A stretch of 64,000 nt of DNA from an uncultured Saccharospirillaceae bacterium. GTDB taxonomy: Bacteria; Bacteroidota; Bacteroidia; Flavobacteriales_D; CAJJDF01. Below, in pieces: positions 28,656 to 39,452 of the stretch (within the stretch, counting starts at the first letter, position 1; each line of letters begins with the position of its first letter). Below the pieces are notes generated by a model. It did no database searches. It was not told the origin of the DNA and saw only the letters and a list, made by a program, of their open reading frames with translations. The stretch spans positions 622-64,621 of the forward strand of contig CATLPG010000010.1 in assembly GCA_950054195.1 (NCBI GenBank), read 5' to 3'. Made by a program: the position numbers and the translations under genes.

Positions 28656-29876
28656 GTGAAAGAGTTTTTTGTTGCTAACATAGAGATATTTCAGTACTTA
28701 TCTATTCCACTAATTAGTGGTTTAATTGGATGGGGAACCAATTGGTTGGCTTTAAAAATGACTTTTTATCCTGTAGAATTTGTAGGAATAGGTCCCATTG
28801 GTTGGCAAGGGATTGTACCCTCCAAAGCAGCTAAAATGTCTGCCACAGCTGTTGATCTTTGGACAAGTAAACTCATTAAAGTTCAAGATATTTTCTCTCA
28901 GTTAGACCCTAAAAAAGTAGCCAAGGAAATGAAGCCGCGCTTTTTAGAAATGGCTAAAGACATTCTTGATGAAGTAATGAAAAATGAGTCTCCTGTCGTT
29001 TGGTCTCGTGTTCCTGAAAGTGTAAAACAAGGAATTTACAAGCGTATCGCTAAAGACATGCCTCAAGTAGTTGAACGGCTAATGGCTGACATGAATGAAA
29101 ACATTGAGGAGATTTTTGACCTTAAGGATATGATCGTTAAAGATCTTACCAATGACAAGGCTTTGATGAATGAGGTAATGATTAGGTGTGGGAAACGAGA
29201 GTTTAAATTTATTGAACACTCTGGGTTTTACTTTGGTTTTTTATTCGGACTTATTCAAATGGCCATTTGGATTAGTTATCCCGAGTGGTGGATATTACCA
29301 GCTGCAGGACTAGTGGTGGGTTATGCCACAAATTGGGTTGCTTTAAAACTGATATTCGAGCCTGTGAATGAAAAAAATTTCTTGGGAATGAAGTTTCAAG
29401 GACTTTTTATTAAACGTCAAGATGAAGTTTCATTTGAGTACTCTAAAATGCTTGCTGAACGCATTTTAACTCCTGAAAAAATATTTACCGAATTAATCAA
29501 TGGTCCAAAAAAATATATTTTTTACGACATGGTTAAAAAACATGTTCACCAATCCATTGATGAAACAGCAGGTTACTCCAAACATTTAGTTACTGTTGTT
29601 GCTGGTGAAAGACGCTACCAAAAACTAAAAGAAATAGCCACTCACTATGTAATTGATCGTTTAGACGAATCCATTGAAGATGCCTACGAATATTCATACG
29701 ATGCAATGAACTTACATGAGGTATTAGATGATAAAATGAAAAAACTCACTTCTGAAGAGTTCGTAGAGTTTTTGCGTCCAGTTTTTAAAGAAGATGAACT
29801 TACCCTCATACTAGTAGGGGCTGCACTTGGTTGTGTAGCTGGATGGGTTCAATTAATTGCAGTTTTTGGATGGTAA
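28656..29876 (+). CDS. DUF445-like membrane protein
   Basis: 406 aa with a GTG start. 'GWGTNWLALKMTFYPVEFVG...GWQGIVPSKAAKM' and a second 'GYATNWVALKLIFEP' half are typical of the DUF445/YheB-like family. Confidence 0.5.
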   Translation: MKEFFVANIEIFQYLSIPLISGLIGWGTNWLALKMTFYPVEFVGIGPIGWQGIVPSKAAKMSATAVDLWTSKLIKVQDIFSQLDPKKVAKEMKPRFLEMAKDILDEVMKNESPVVWSRVPESVKQGIYKRIAKDMPQVVERLMADMNENIEEIFDLKDMIVKDLTNDKALMNEVMIRCGKREFKFIEHSGFYFGFLFGLIQMAIWISYPEWWILPAAGLVVGYATNWVALKLIFEPVNEKNFLGMKFQGLFIKRQDEVSFEYSKMLAERILTPEKIFTELINGPKKYIFYDMVKKHVHQSIDETAGYSKHLVTVVAGERRYQKLKEIATHYVIDRLDESIEDAYEYSYDAMNLHEVLDDKMKKLTSEEFVEFLRPVFKEDELTLILVGAALGCVAGWVQLIAVFGW

Positions 29877-30021
29877 CCATTCAATTTAAGCTTTTATCGG
29901 TTGCAAATCAATTACCAAGATTTTTAAGCTATCGTTAATTGATGATTTATCAAAGTCAATTATTTCCAAAGCTTCTACAAAACTTATTTAATTAGTATTT
30001 TTAATATAGAAATACGAAAAC

Positions 30022-30504
30022 ATGCAAAATAAAAGAAAATTAAAATGGTATCACTTTACTCCATTTATATTAATCATTGGCTATGCAGCTTATATGTTTA
30101 AAACGCATTCAGTAGATTTTTCGAGAAGCAATATCCCTCTAAACTCCTTGGAAAAGAAAATTGTAGGAAATTGGGTTACTGTAAAAACATCATCTCCAAG
30201 CAGGCAATTTAACAGAATACCTCAAGTAAAAGGGCAGTATAAATACCGAACCGATGAAGGGTCTTATTCTCAAAACTATAATAAACACAAGCCTTTCAGG
30301 TTTCTATTTTTTCTTAACGAAAAAGATTCCATCTACTCCCATGTAAATTTTAAACGAGACACCTCTCTTTATAAGGTTAAACTACTTAACGATTCTATAT
30401 TTATATACAGTAGTTTGGAGCAAGATTCAACTACATATTACCAAATGAGATATAGCGGAACTAGAAGGACTCTTCCAAAATATATTTCAGAAATGAACTA
30501 TTAA
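30022..30504 (+). CDS. hypothetical membrane-anchored protein
   Basis: 160-aa ORF with an N-terminal TM 'FTPFILIIGYAAYMF'. No family recognised. Confidence 0.4.
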   Translation: MQNKRKLKWYHFTPFILIIGYAAYMFKTHSVDFSRSNIPLNSLEKKIVGNWVTVKTSSPSRQFNRIPQVKGQYKYRTDEGSYSQNYNKHKPFRFLFFLNEKDSIYSHVNFKRDTSLYKVKLLNDSIFIYSSLEQDSTTYYQMRYSGTRRTLPKYISEMNY

Positions 30505-30526
30505 AACTTCCTTATTATCTAAACGA

Positions 30527-32515
30527 ATGAACTTTAAACAAGAAATATTAGCAGGAATAACCGAAGAATTACCTTCAAAAAAGAAGTATGACTTATCTGT
30601 TAACCATGCTCCAAAAAGAAAAGCAATCCTAAACGAAGATGAAAAGAAATTAGCACTAAAAAATGCCTTAAGATATATTCCTCAACACTTACACAAGGAA
30701 CTTATCCCAGAGTTTAAGCAAGAGTTAGAAACCTACGGACGTATATACATGTACCGTTATCGCCCAGACTATGAAATTTATGCACATCCAATAGAGGATT
30801 ACCCTCACCAATCAAAGCAAGCGGCTGCTATCATGCTCATGATTCAAAATAACTTGGATCATGCGGTAGCACAACACCCTCACGAACTAATTACGTATGG
30901 AGGTAACGGAGCAGTTTTTCAAAACTGGGCACAGTATCGCTTAACGATGCAATATTTGGCTCAAATGACTGATGAGCAAACACTAGTGATGTATTCTGGT
31001 CATCCGATGGGATTATTTCCTTCACATAAAAATGCTCCTAGGGTGGTTGTTACCAATGGAATGATGATTCCTAACTACTCCAAACCCGATGATTGGGAAA
31101 AATTTAATGCTTTAGGCGTTACTCAGTATGGTCAAATGACGGCTGGTTCGTATATGTACATAGGACCACAAGGAATTGTACATGGAACAACCATTACGAT
31201 TTTAAATGCTGGAAGAAAAATTCAAAAAAAGGGAGAATCTTTAGCAGGGAAGCTATTTGTTACTGCCGGTTTAGGAGGAATGAGTGGAGCTCAACCAAAA
31301 GCCGGTAACATTGCAGGATGTATAACTGTTTGTGCAGAAGTTAACGATAAAGCATCAACCAAAAGGCATGAGCAAGGTTGGGTAGATGAATTAATAAATG
31401 ATATTGATCACTTAGTTGAACGTGTTGAAGTTGCCAAGGAAAACCAAGAGGTAGTTTCCATAGCCTATCAAGGAAACATTGTTGATGTTTGGGAAGCTTT
31501 TGATAAAGCAGGTATTTATGTTGATTTAGGATCAGATCAAACCTCGTTACACAATCCATGGGCAGGAGGTTATTATCCAGTTGGTTTATCATATGAAGAG
31601 GCTAACGAACTAATGTCTCAAAATCCAGAGGAGTTTAAGAAGTATGTTCAAGAAAGTTTAGTTAGACAAACAAATGCGATCAATAAACATACAGCCAAAG
31701 GGACTTATTTTTTCGATTATGGGAATGCCTTTTTACTAGAAGCATCTAGAGCTGGAGCAGATATTATGGCTAAAAACCAAGTTGATTTTAAATATCCTTC
31801 CTACGTGCAAGATATTATGGGACCTATGTGTTTTGACTATGGGTTTGGTCCATTTAGGTGGGTGTGTGCTTCTGGAAAACCAGAAGATCTAGCTAAAACG
31901 GATAAAATAGCATCTGAAGTGCTAGAAAAAATTGCTGAAAGTGCTCCAAAAGAAATTCAGCAACAAATGCAAGATAACATTCAATGGATTAAAGGAGCTC
32001 AAGAAAACAAATTAGTAGTTGGCTCCCAAGCAAGAATATTATATGCTGATACTGAAGGAAGAATGAAAATTGCCAAAGCTTTTAACGATGCCATTGCTAA
32101 AGAAGAAATTGGACCAGTAATTTTAGGAAGGGATCATCATGATGTATCAGGAACAGATTCTCCTTACCGTGAAACTTCAAACATTTATGATGGATCACGA
32201 TTTACTGCTGATATGGCTATCCAAAATGTTATTGGTGATTCGTTTAGAGGTGCTACTTGGGTTTCCATCCACAACGGTGGTGGCGTAGGCTGGGGAGAAG
32301 TTATCAATGGTGGCTTTGGCATGCTTTTAGACGGCTCCAAAGAAAGTGAAAACAGACTAAAATCAATGTTACATTGGGATGTAAATAATGGTATCGCACG
32401 TAGAAGCTGGGCAAGAAACGATGAAGCTATTTTTGCTATTAAACGAGCAATGGAACAAGAGCCTAAGCTAAAAGTTACCTTACCAAATTTGGTTGATGAG
32501 AGCCTGTTGAACTAG
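30527..32515 (+). CDS. hutU: urocanate hydratase (long, eukaryote-like form)
   Basis: 662 aa. Family hallmarks: '[10 protein letters not shown]', '[10 protein letters not shown]', '[11 protein letters not shown]', '[12 protein letters not shown]', 'LGRDHHD'. Confidence 0.85.
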   Translation: MNFKQEILAGITEELPSKKKYDLSVNHAPKRKAILNEDEKKLALKNALRYIPQHLHKELIPEFKQELETYGRIYMYRYRPDYEIYAHPIEDYPHQSKQAAAIMLMIQNNLDHAVAQHPHELITYGGNGAVFQNWAQYRLTMQYLAQMTDEQTLVMYSGHPMGLFPSHKNAPRVVVTNGMMIPNYSKPDDWEKFNALGVTQYGQMTAGSYMYIGPQGIVHGTTITILNAGRKIQKKGESLAGKLFVTAGLGGMSGAQPKAGNIAGCITVCAEVNDKASTKRHEQGWVDELINDIDHLVERVEVAKENQEVVSIAYQGNIVDVWEAFDKAGIYVDLGSDQTSLHNPWAGGYYPVGLSYEEANELMSQNPEEFKKYVQESLVRQTNAINKHTAKGTYFFDYGNAFLLEASRAGADIMAKNQVDFKYPSYVQDIMGPMCFDYGFGPFRWVCASGKPEDLAKTDKIASEVLEKIAESAPKEIQQQMQDNIQWIKGAQENKLVVGSQARILYADTEGRMKIAKAFNDAIAKEEIGPVILGRDHHDVSGTDSPYRETSNIYDGSRFTADMAIQNVIGDSFRGATWVSIHNGGGVGWGEVINGGFGMLLDGSKESENRLKSMLHWDVNNGIARRSWARNDEAIFAIKRAMEQEPKLKVTLPNLVDESLLN

Positions 32516-33687
32516 TTAATAACCCCAGATCCTATTAATTCATCATTGATATACCATGCAACAAACTGACCTGGTGTAACTCCTCGTTGTGCTTCATCAA
32601 AAAGAATGTAAACACCTTCTTCTTTTTGGAATAAAGCAGCTTTTTGCAACGGTTGGCGATACCTAATGCGTGCATCAACTCTTAGCTCCTCTCCTATGGA
32701 TAACACTAAATCAGGGCGTATCCAATGTGTTTCCTTTTTATCTACAAATAATGCCTTCCTGTATAAACCAGGATGGTGATCACCTTGACCAACATAAACA
32801 ATATTTTCTTTTACATCAGTATCTATAACGAATAATGGAAGCTTTGTACCTCCAACTCCTAATCCTTTTCTTTGACCGATAGTAAAGTAATGAGCACCTT
32901 GATGTTCTCCTACTTTTTTCCCTTCAGTGGATTGATAATGTATAGGAGCTGCTAAACGTTGAAGTTCTTCTCTTGAGGCATATTCATCATAAGTTGCTAA
33001 ATCTTCAGCTATTTCAACAATTTCACCATTTTTAGGCTTTAATTGTTGCTGTAAAAAATCGGGTAGTTTTATTTTACCTACAAAACATAACCCCTGTGAG
33101 TCTTTTTTATTTGCTGTTATTAAATTCTGTTCTTCAGCTATTTTCCTAACTTCTGCTTTTTGTAAATGACCAATAGGGAAAAGGGCTTTAGACAACTGGT
33201 CTTGATTTAATTGACATAAAAAATAGCTTTGGTCTTTATTGTTGTCAGCACCAGCTTTTAGTTGATAAATGGTTTTACCGTTTTTGTCAACTTCACTTTT
33301 TTGACAATAATGACCTGTAGCAACATAATCTGCTCCCAAACTCATGGCCGTTTTTAAAAAAACATCAAATTTGATTTCACGATTACATAATACATCTGGA
33401 TTAGGTGTTCTTCCTGCCTCATACTCAGCAAACATATAATCAACGATTCGTTCCTTATACTCCTTACTTAAGTCAATACTTTGAAAGGGTATCCCCAGCT
33501 GCTCTGCAATTGCTAATGCATCATTACTATCTTCAATCCAAGGACATTCGGTATCCAAAATAACAGAGTCATCATGCCAGTTTTTCATAAACAAGCCAAT
33601 TACTTCGTATCCTTGCTCTTTTAGCAGGTAAGCAGAAACACTTGAATCTACACCTCCTGATAAACCTACAACTACTCGTTTAGACAC
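32512..33687 (-). CDS. mnmA: tRNA 2-thiouridine(34) synthase MnmA
   Basis: PP-loop '[15 protein letters not shown]', '[14 protein letters not shown]', 'ATGHY', 'KDQSYFL'. 391 aa. Confidence 0.9.
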   Translation of the reverse strand: MSKRVVVGLSGGVDSSVSAYLLKEQGYEVIGLFMKNWHDDSVILDTECPWIEDSNDALAIAEQLGIPFQSIDLSKEYKERIVDYMFAEYEAGRTPNPDVLCNREIKFDVFLKTAMSLGADYVATGHYCQKSEVDKNGKTIYQLKAGADNNKDQSYFLCQLNQDQLSKALFPIGHLQKAEVRKIAEEQNLITANKKDSQGLCFVGKIKLPDFLQQQLKPKNGEIVEIAEDLATYDEYASREELQRLAAPIHYQSTEGKKVGEHQGAHYFTIGQRKGLGVGGTKLPLFVIDTDVKENIVYVGQGDHHPGLYRKALFVDKKETHWIRPDLVLSIGEELRVDARIRYRQPLQKAALFQKEEGVYILFDEAQRGVTPGQFVAWYINDELIGSGVIN

Positions 33688-33790
33688 TTTTTTATTTTAA
33701 AATTAAACCTTTTTAGAATATGTTAGACAGATAAATCTATTAAAACTTACTTGTAAGTACTTAAAAATTTACATTACTAAGTAACTATTA

Positions 33791-33826
33791 AAACACAAAA
33801 AAGGGGAAATGAAATCATTTCCCCTT
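33791..33826 (-). terminator. rho-independent terminator of gene 33887..34246
   Basis: The minus strand reads AAGGGGAAATGA-TT-TCATTTCCCCTT followed by TTTTGTGTTT, ~60 nt after the stop. Confidence 0.7.
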
Positions 33827-33886
33827 TTATAATTGCTATTCATACCTAGCTTATTTTATACAAAATAGCTAAGTAAAAGCTACTAA

Positions 33887-34246
33887 TTAGTGATTATCTT
33901 CGATATCTTCTAAATCGTTTTCAATATCATTTTCTAAGTCTTTGAAACCTTCTTCTAATCCTTTTTTGAATTCTGCTCCAAATTTATCAAAAGCTTCTTC
34001 GTAAGCAACTTTCATTCTGTATCCATTACCTGCAGCAAGTAAAGATACAACAACAGCGATAATTGGCAACGTCATTTTACCTCCTTTAGTAGCTAAGAAT
34101 ACTCCGATAGCTCCTAAAATCAATCCTAAAATTCCAAGGTACATCCCGATAGCTCCAAAAAGGCTTAAGATTAAACCTAATCCCCCAAATACTACACCTA
34201 AGATACCCATTGTCTTCCAAGTGTTACTTGTTTTTTCTGTTGTCAT
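33887..34246 (-). CDS. hypothetical small membrane protein (Gly-zipper TMs, acidic tail)
   Basis: 119 aa with three Gly-rich TM segments and the tail 'DLENDIENDLEDIEDNH'. It has its own terminator. Confidence 0.5.
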   Translation of the reverse strand: MTTEKTSNTWKTMGILGVVFGGLGLILSLFGAIGMYLGILGLILGAIGVFLATKGGKMTLPIIAVVVSLLAAGNGYRMKVAYEEAFDKFGAEFKKGLEEGFKDLENDIENDLEDIEDNH

Positions 34247-34411
34247 TTTTTTGTTTTTTAATTATACATTTAATTATCCGACAAATATATACTTCACGGG
34301 CTATTAAAAAAATACTTTTTACAGGAATTGATAAAATACACTAAATAATTATCAACAATAAGAACTTATTTGTTAATTACTTAAGAAAAAAATCAAGCAG
34401 GTATAACTCTA

Positions 34412-34642
34412 CTAAACTTTTTTAGATAAATAAAACGCTAAGGATGTAATAAGTAATATCCATGGAGTCCCGTGCATGAACAAGTCAAACCAATCAATGC
34501 CTCTCATTTGTTTATTGCTATCTAAAACCCATGTGATTTTTTCCCAAACATGAGGTGGTTTAAAAGGAGCTAACCCTAAGGTTAAGCTTGCTATCAGCCA
34601 CAATTTTATATTATTGGTTAAAAACTGAGTTACGCTTACCAT
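34412..34642 (-). CDS. hypothetical small membrane protein
   Basis: 76 aa with two TMs and the motif 'PPHVWEKITWV...IDWFDLFMHGTPW'. Overlaps the rhodanese gene by 7 nt. Confidence 0.45.
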   Translation of the reverse strand: MVSVTQFLTNNIKLWLIASLTLGLAPFKPPHVWEKITWVLDSNKQMRGIDWFDLFMHGTPWILLITSLAFYLSKKV

Positions 34643-35037
34643 CCTAAGTATCCTCCTTCAAGTTCGTAAACAGTAGTGAAACCATTTTTTTCGAAAACTT
34701 TAAGTGCTCTTGAGCTTCTACCTCCGCTTCTACAAAAAATAAATGTTGGAGTTTCTTTATCAAGTTTAGCTATGCTTTCTTCGAAGTTGTCTGCCAAAAA
34801 ATCAATATTAGCAGCATTTCCAATTGTTCCTGCTTGATATTCTTTCGGAGTTCGAACATCTACTAATTGAATTCTTGGATAAGCGGCTATAAAGTTTTTA
34901 AACTCTTCTTTTGATACACGTTTAGCAACTACTTCCGTTTTGTTTACTGATTTTTCTCTTGACTCAGTATCATTGCTTTGCGCACAAGCTGTAAAAATCA
35001 ATGAGCTAAAAAATGCGATTAAAATTGTTTTATTCAT
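34636..35037 (-). CDS. rhodanese-like domain-containing protein (secreted or lipoprotein)
   Basis: 133 aa with the signal 'SLIFTACAQ' and the active-site loop 'FCRSGGRSSRA'. Confidence 0.8.
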   Translation of the reverse strand: MNKTILIAFFSSLIFTACAQSNDTESREKSVNKTEVVAKRVSKEEFKNFIAAYPRIQLVDVRTPKEYQAGTIGNAANIDFLADNFEESIAKLDKETPTFIFCRSGGRSSRALKVFEKNGFTTVYELEGGYLGW

Positions 35038-35396
35038 TTGTTTTGTTTTTTGTAGTTAAAGAAAAAATTAGCCCATATTATTTTAGACATAGGATACATA
35101 AATGGTGTTGCAAGTATTAACGCTGAAAAAATTGATGCCAAAGTTGCAACCATAGACAAATTTGGCAAAAACAAATTAATTGATGTCCAAACAGTAACAA
35201 AAACAGCAACTCCTAATGCATAAACAACATAGTAAGATCCTTGATAAAAACCTGGCTCTTTAGCATATTTCTCCCCACATACTTCACAATGATCTTTCAC
35301 TTTGGCACTAAAAAAACTTCCCTCGAAAAAATCGCCTTCTTGGCAGTGTGGACATTTGCGTTTGAAAATACTGTATAGTTTCGTTCCTTTTTTCAT
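35034..35396 (-). CDS. DUF983-like zinc-ribbon membrane protein
   Basis: 120 aa. 'CPHCQEG...CEVCGEKY' (CxxC x2) followed by 'EPGFYQGSYYVVYAL' and two TMs. Confidence 0.6.
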   Translation of the reverse strand: MKKGTKLYSIFKRKCPHCQEGDFFEGSFFSAKVKDHCEVCGEKYAKEPGFYQGSYYVVYALGVAVFVTVWTSINLFLPNLSMVATLASIFSALILATPFMYPMSKIIWANFFFNYKKQNK

Positions 35397-35489
35397 GTTC
35401 TATTACATATCAATAATTAAAACTAGTTTTTTCTGCTAAAATGGATGGTAACAAAAGTTACCTACATCAAGATACTCATCCTTTCGGAA

Positions 35490-36116
35490 CTAATCAACTC
35501 CCAAAAATTTATGTGTTTGGATAGATATTTTCCATTTAGGATGTTCTTTGATGTAGTCAAGAATATAAACACTCATTTCTTCACTTCTCTCCCACTCTGG
35601 TTGAAAGTATAATTGACAATCAGCTAGCACCTGCGAAGCATAATCTTCCCCCCATTTAAAATCATGTGTGTTAAACACAATAACTTTTAACTCTTTAGCA
35701 ACTTCAATAACTGATTGAATGGGAGCTTTAAATTTCTTGGGAGATAAACATACCCAATCAAAAACTCCTTTGATGGGATAAGCTCCAGAAGTTTCAATTG
35801 CAATATATATTCCTAAATCTTTTATTGCTAACGTTAACTCTGCTAAATCATACATAGCTGGTTCGCCTCCTGTTATCACACAAAAGTTTGCTCCTGATTC
35901 TCTTAGTCCATCCACAATATCTTCAACCGGATACACCGTATGGTCTTCTCTATTCCAACTTTCTTTTACATCACACCATACACAACCAACATCACATCCT
36001 GCTAATCGAATAAAATATGCTGGTCTACCAACATGACACCCTTCTCCTTGAATAGAATAAAAGGCTTCCATTATTGGTAAATGTGTTCCGTTTTGTATGT
36101 TTTCTGGCAGCTCCAT
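35490..36116 (-). CDS. queE: 7-carboxy-7-deazaguanine synthase QueE (radical SAM)
   Basis: 'FYSIQGEGCHVGRPAYFIRLAGCDVGCVWCD' carries the Cx3Cx2C cluster motif. 208 aa. Confidence 0.8.
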   Translation of the reverse strand: MELPENIQNGTHLPIMEAFYSIQGEGCHVGRPAYFIRLAGCDVGCVWCDVKESWNREDHTVYPVEDIVDGLRESGANFCVITGGEPAMYDLAELTLAIKDLGIYIAIETSGAYPIKGVFDWVCLSPKKFKAPIQSVIEVAKELKVIVFNTHDFKWGEDYASQVLADCQLYFQPEWERSEEMSVYILDYIKEHPKWKISIQTHKFLGVD

Positions 36117-36694
36117 TAATTGCCGTCAAAGGTATATAAAATCTCTGGTGTAACACATATATCCATAGGAATATCGTACGAATTTATATCACTTATCAAA
36201 TCATCTTCTACTTCAAAAAGAGATAATCCTACTTTTAAAGCATCTTCTTTTAAGTTTAGTAAAAACCTATCATAAAAACCTTTTCCATAGCCTACTCTAT
36301 ATCCTTTTTTATCAAAAGCCAAAAGTGGGAGCAAAACGATATCAATATCACTTGGAGAAACTTCTACAAGGTTACCTCCAGTAGGCTCTGGAATACCATA
36401 ACTATTTTCTCTAAACTCAGTATTATCAGTAACCAATATGTGTTTCATCGTGTTTGAAGAAAAATCAGAAATTGAGACAACCACCTCACCTACCGACCTT
36501 ATCCTATCAATAATTAGCCAAGTATTTATTTCCTTTTTTGACGTAATTGGTAAAAAAACGTGAACTTTTTTATTTGCCAAGTCCAAGTGCTTGAATAACC
36601 GGTCTGATAATTCTATGGATTGATTTGCTAACTCTATTGGAGAAAGCTCATCACGCAATTTCACGTATTTATCTCTAAGTTCTTTTTTGGTCAC
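36116..36694 (-). CDS. 5-formyltetrahydrofolate cyclo-ligase
   Basis: 192 aa. '[15 protein letters not shown]' is the family signature. Overlaps queE by 1 nt. Confidence 0.8.
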   Translation of the reverse strand: MTKKELRDKYVKLRDELSPIELANQSIELSDRLFKHLDLANKKVHVFLPITSKKEINTWLIIDRIRSVGEVVVSISDFSSNTMKHILVTDNTEFRENSYGIPEPTGGNLVEVSPSDIDIVLLPLLAFDKKGYRVGYGKGFYDRFLLNLKEDALKVGLSLFEVEDDLISDINSYDIPMDICVTPEILYTFDGN

Positions 36695-37050
36695 CTAAAT
36701 GGTTTTTTAAATCTTCTTTTTTGATTAAAAACTTTACCTCCTCCTAGCCAAAATATAAGCATAGCTAGAGCTAAGAAAACAAAAAAAATTAATAGTGGAT
36801 CAAGAAGCTTTATGGTTAGTGTAATTTGATAAGCTATAATTACGTGTGAAATTAAAAAAGATAGAAAAATCAAACATGTTTGATAAACTAATTTTCTTTT
36901 GGTTTGTTTTATCCCAACTATTTCAACCCATCTTTTAAGCTTTTTATCTCTTATTCGGATATATCTATCACCAAAAATAGAGGTAACAACTAAGTAGACT
37001 ATTGCAAAAAAGGTGTTAAGAGTAATGTAAGCAGAATTAAATTCTTCCAT
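36691..37050 (-). CDS. hypothetical membrane protein
   Basis: 119 aa with 3-4 TMs. It is translationally coupled on both sides (4-nt overlap downstream, 0-nt gap upstream). Confidence 0.45.
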   Translation of the reverse strand: MEEFNSAYITLNTFFAIVYLVVTSIFGDRYIRIRDKKLKRWVEIVGIKQTKRKLVYQTCLIFLSFLISHVIIAYQITLTIKLLDPLLIFFVFLALAMLIFWLGGGKVFNQKRRFKKPFR

Positions 37051-37347
37051 TTACATCCCTGGAATAAGTCCAGCAGAAGCAGCTTTCATTTCACTTTCAT
37101 TAACTTTTTCTGCTTTTTCTAGCGCTTGATTTAATGCTATGATTAGCAGATCTTCCAATTCTTCTTTATCTAATTCGCTTAATTCTGGTGCAATCGAAAC
37201 ACTTTTAACCACTCTATTACCAGTTACAGTAACTTTAACTTTTCCTGCAGCCTCACCATCAACTAAAATAGTATCTAAGCGGGCTTTTGTTTCTTCAACC
37301 TTTTGTTGCATTTCTTGCAACTTTTTCATCATATTTCCTCCAAACAT
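37051..37347 (-). CDS. YbaB/EbfC family nucleoid-associated protein
   Basis: 98 aa: 'MMKKLQEMQQKVEETKARL...VKVTVTGNRVVKSVSIAPEL...DKEELEDLLIIALNQA'. Confidence 0.8.
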   Translation of the reverse strand: MFGGNMMKKLQEMQQKVEETKARLDTILVDGEAAGKVKVTVTGNRVVKSVSIAPELSELDKEELEDLLIIALNQALEKAEKVNESEMKAASAGLIPGM

Positions 37348-37352
37348 ACTTT

Positions 37353-38630
37353 TTATTTTGCCGGTAATACTTTTGTAGACACTTCTCCAAATCCAACTCT
37401 AACACCATCTTTCTCTGCATGCCCACGCATAATCACCGTATCATTATCGTTTATAAATTTTCTTTCCGACCCATCCAACATCTTAATTGGCTTTGTTCCT
37501 CTCCAAGATATTTCTAACATAGAGCCATAACTGCTTTCGTCATTCCCACTTATCGTTCCAGAAGCTAACACATCCCCTCCTTTAATATTACATCCATTAA
37601 TGGTATGATGAGCCAATTGTTGGTTCATATTCCAGTACATATGTTTAAAGTTAGATTTTGTTACACGTTGCTCCATTCTTCCTTCGGGCTTAATGAAAAC
37701 TTCAAGCGTTACATCTAAATGCTTATCTCCATCATACTCAAGATAAGGAAGCACCTTAGGGTCTTGCTGTGGACCAGAGACTCTAAAAGGCTCTAATGCA
37801 TCAAGTGTTACTATCCATGGAGATATTGATGACGCAAAGTTTTTTGCTAAAAATGGACCTAATGGAACATATTCCCATTTTTGAATATCCCTTGCAGACC
37901 AGTCATTAAAAAGAGCTAAACCAAAAATATAATCATCTGCTTCGCTTGTGGATATTGAATCTCCTAGTGGTTTACCATCAAACGTAATGAAGGCCATCTC
38001 TAATTCAAAATCTAATAATTTACATGGACCAAATACTGGAGGTTCTTCTTCGTTTGGCTTTTGCTGACCTTTTGGCCTGTGAATCGGAACTCCAGAAGGT
38101 ATAATCGAGCTAGCTCTACCGTGGTATCCCACAGGAATATGTTTCCAATTTGGTAAAAGTGCATTATTTGGATCACGAAACATCGATCCAACATTAAATG
38201 CGTGCTGTTCACTCGAATAAAAATCAGTATAATCACCTATTTTAATAGGTAAAAGCATATTCACATCATCTTGATCATAGAGTACTTGACTCACATGAAA
38301 CTCATTTTTTTGTAACTCAGTGTTACCTTCGGTAAACAGTTCGCTAATTCTATTTCTTAGTGCACGAACACTCATTTTACCTTTTTTCATCATTGAATTG
38401 AGATACCTGTCATCAAAATCTGAGAGCTCAAAAGGTAATCCTTCAAGGTAACCGTAATCTTCTAATTCTTTTAAATCTATCACTTTATCACCCAAAGCCA
38501 CCCCTACTCTTGGTGAGTTTTCTGTTTTGGGAACAAAAATTCCAAATGGTAGGTTTTGAATTGTAAAATCACTTCCCTTAGGGATATTTATCCATGAAGT
38601 TAGGTTTGGGTTGTTTGCTGTTATTTCCAT
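37353..38630 (-). CDS. fahA: fumarylacetoacetase
   Basis: 'FTIQNLPFGIF', 'IGDYTDFYSS', 'GYHGRASS' and 'FGLALFNDWSARDIQKWEY' are family hallmarks. The ORF track starts at 38750, but the ATG at 38630 (MEITANNPN..., 425 aa) matches the family length and frees the divergent promoter region. Confidence 0.85.
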   Translation of the reverse strand: MEITANNPNLTSWINIPKGSDFTIQNLPFGIFVPKTENSPRVGVALGDKVIDLKELEDYGYLEGLPFELSDFDDRYLNSMMKKGKMSVRALRNRISELFTEGNTELQKNEFHVSQVLYDQDDVNMLLPIKIGDYTDFYSSEQHAFNVGSMFRDPNNALLPNWKHIPVGYHGRASSIIPSGVPIHRPKGQQKPNEEEPPVFGPCKLLDFELEMAFITFDGKPLGDSISTSEADDYIFGLALFNDWSARDIQKWEYVPLGPFLAKNFASSISPWIVTLDALEPFRVSGPQQDPKVLPYLEYDGDKHLDVTLEVFIKPEGRMEQRVTKSNFKHMYWNMNQQLAHHTINGCNIKGGDVLASGTISGNDESSYGSMLEISWRGTKPIKMLDGSERKFINDNDTVIMRGHAEKDGVRVGFGEVSTKVLPAK

Positions 38631-38688
38631 AATACTAATTAGTAGTTCTAATTTAATTAAACAATATAACATTAAGAAACTTCGGTTT

Positions 38689-38727
38689 ATTTTGTTTAAC
38701 ATTTTAAATTGTTTTTCTAAACAAAAA
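38689..38727. promoter_or_regulatory. candidate operator site 1 (ATTTTGTTTAA-N17-cTAAACAAAAa) in the fahA / SDR-carH divergent region
   Basis: The left arm is identical to site 2. The right arm matches 9 of 11 positions. The spacer is 17 nt, as in site 2. The site ends 29 nt before the ATG at 38756 and overlaps a TAAATTGT -7-like box. Confidence 0.5.
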
Positions 38728-38755
38728 AACCTACCTTTAAGTGTAAACACTGAAA

Positions 38756-39445
38756 ATGAGTAATATTTTAGTAATTGGGGCTAATTCTACTGTGGCAAAA
38801 GAAGTTTTTAATTTGCTTCAAAAGGAAAATCATACAATATACTCTGTTTCAAGAGATGACTTTGATTTTTCAAAAAATCATTTAAGGACTTCATTGGATG
38901 AAAAAGAAATTGATTGGGATTTTTTTCCAGAAGAAATCAATCAGCTTTATTATTTCCCAGGAACAATAAACTTAAAACCTCTTAAGTTTTTAAAAGAAGA
39001 GGATTTCAAAAATGACTTCGAGATTAATGTTTTAGGTTTTGTTAGATACATAAAAAAATTAGAAAAGAATTTACGAAAAGGTAAAGCCTCAGTAGTTAGT
39101 TTTACTTCTGTAGCTTCATCCATTGGCATGGACTATCACACGAGTGTTTCAGCATCAAAAGGAGCGTTGGAATCTCTAAATAAAGCCCTTGCAGCTGAAT
39201 TTATTGGATCAGTTAGATTTAATACAATTTCGCTATCGCTATCCAACACAAATATGGCGCAACAACTACTTAATAGCGACAAGAAATTAGAATTGGCAAA
39301 ATCTAGAAATCCAATGGGAGTCATTGGCGACCCTGCTAAAATTGCAAAATTAGCTACATTTGTAAATTCCGAAGCATGTGATTGGGTTACTGCACAAAAC
39401 ATTCATGTTGATGGAGGCATGTCTAACATAAAATTATTTACATAA
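38756..39445 (+). CDS. SDR-family (short-chain dehydrogenase-like) protein with a non-canonical active site
   Basis: 229 aa. It has the Rossmann N-terminus 'ILVIGANSTVAKE'. The segment 'SFTSVASSIGMDYHTSVSASKGAL' aligns to the SDR S...YxxxK region, but Val131 sits at the catalytic Tyr position. Confidence 0.65.
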   Translation: MSNILVIGANSTVAKEVFNLLQKENHTIYSVSRDDFDFSKNHLRTSLDEKEIDWDFFPEEINQLYYFPGTINLKPLKFLKEEDFKNDFEINVLGFVRYIKKLEKNLRKGKASVVSFTSVASSIGMDYHTSVSASKGALESLNKALAAEFIGSVRFNTISLSLSNTNMAQQLLNSDKKLELAKSRNPMGVIGDPAKIAKLATFVNSEACDWVTAQNIHVDGGMSNIKLFT

Positions 39446-39452
39446 TTAATAG

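Noticed and set aside
29907-29943. 8-bp inverted repeat ATCAATTA-N21-TAATTGAT upstream of gene 30022 and hutU
   Set aside because: Short AT-only arms are expected by chance in AT-rich intergenic DNA. No second copy occurs in the window, and no adjacent regulator gene supports a role.
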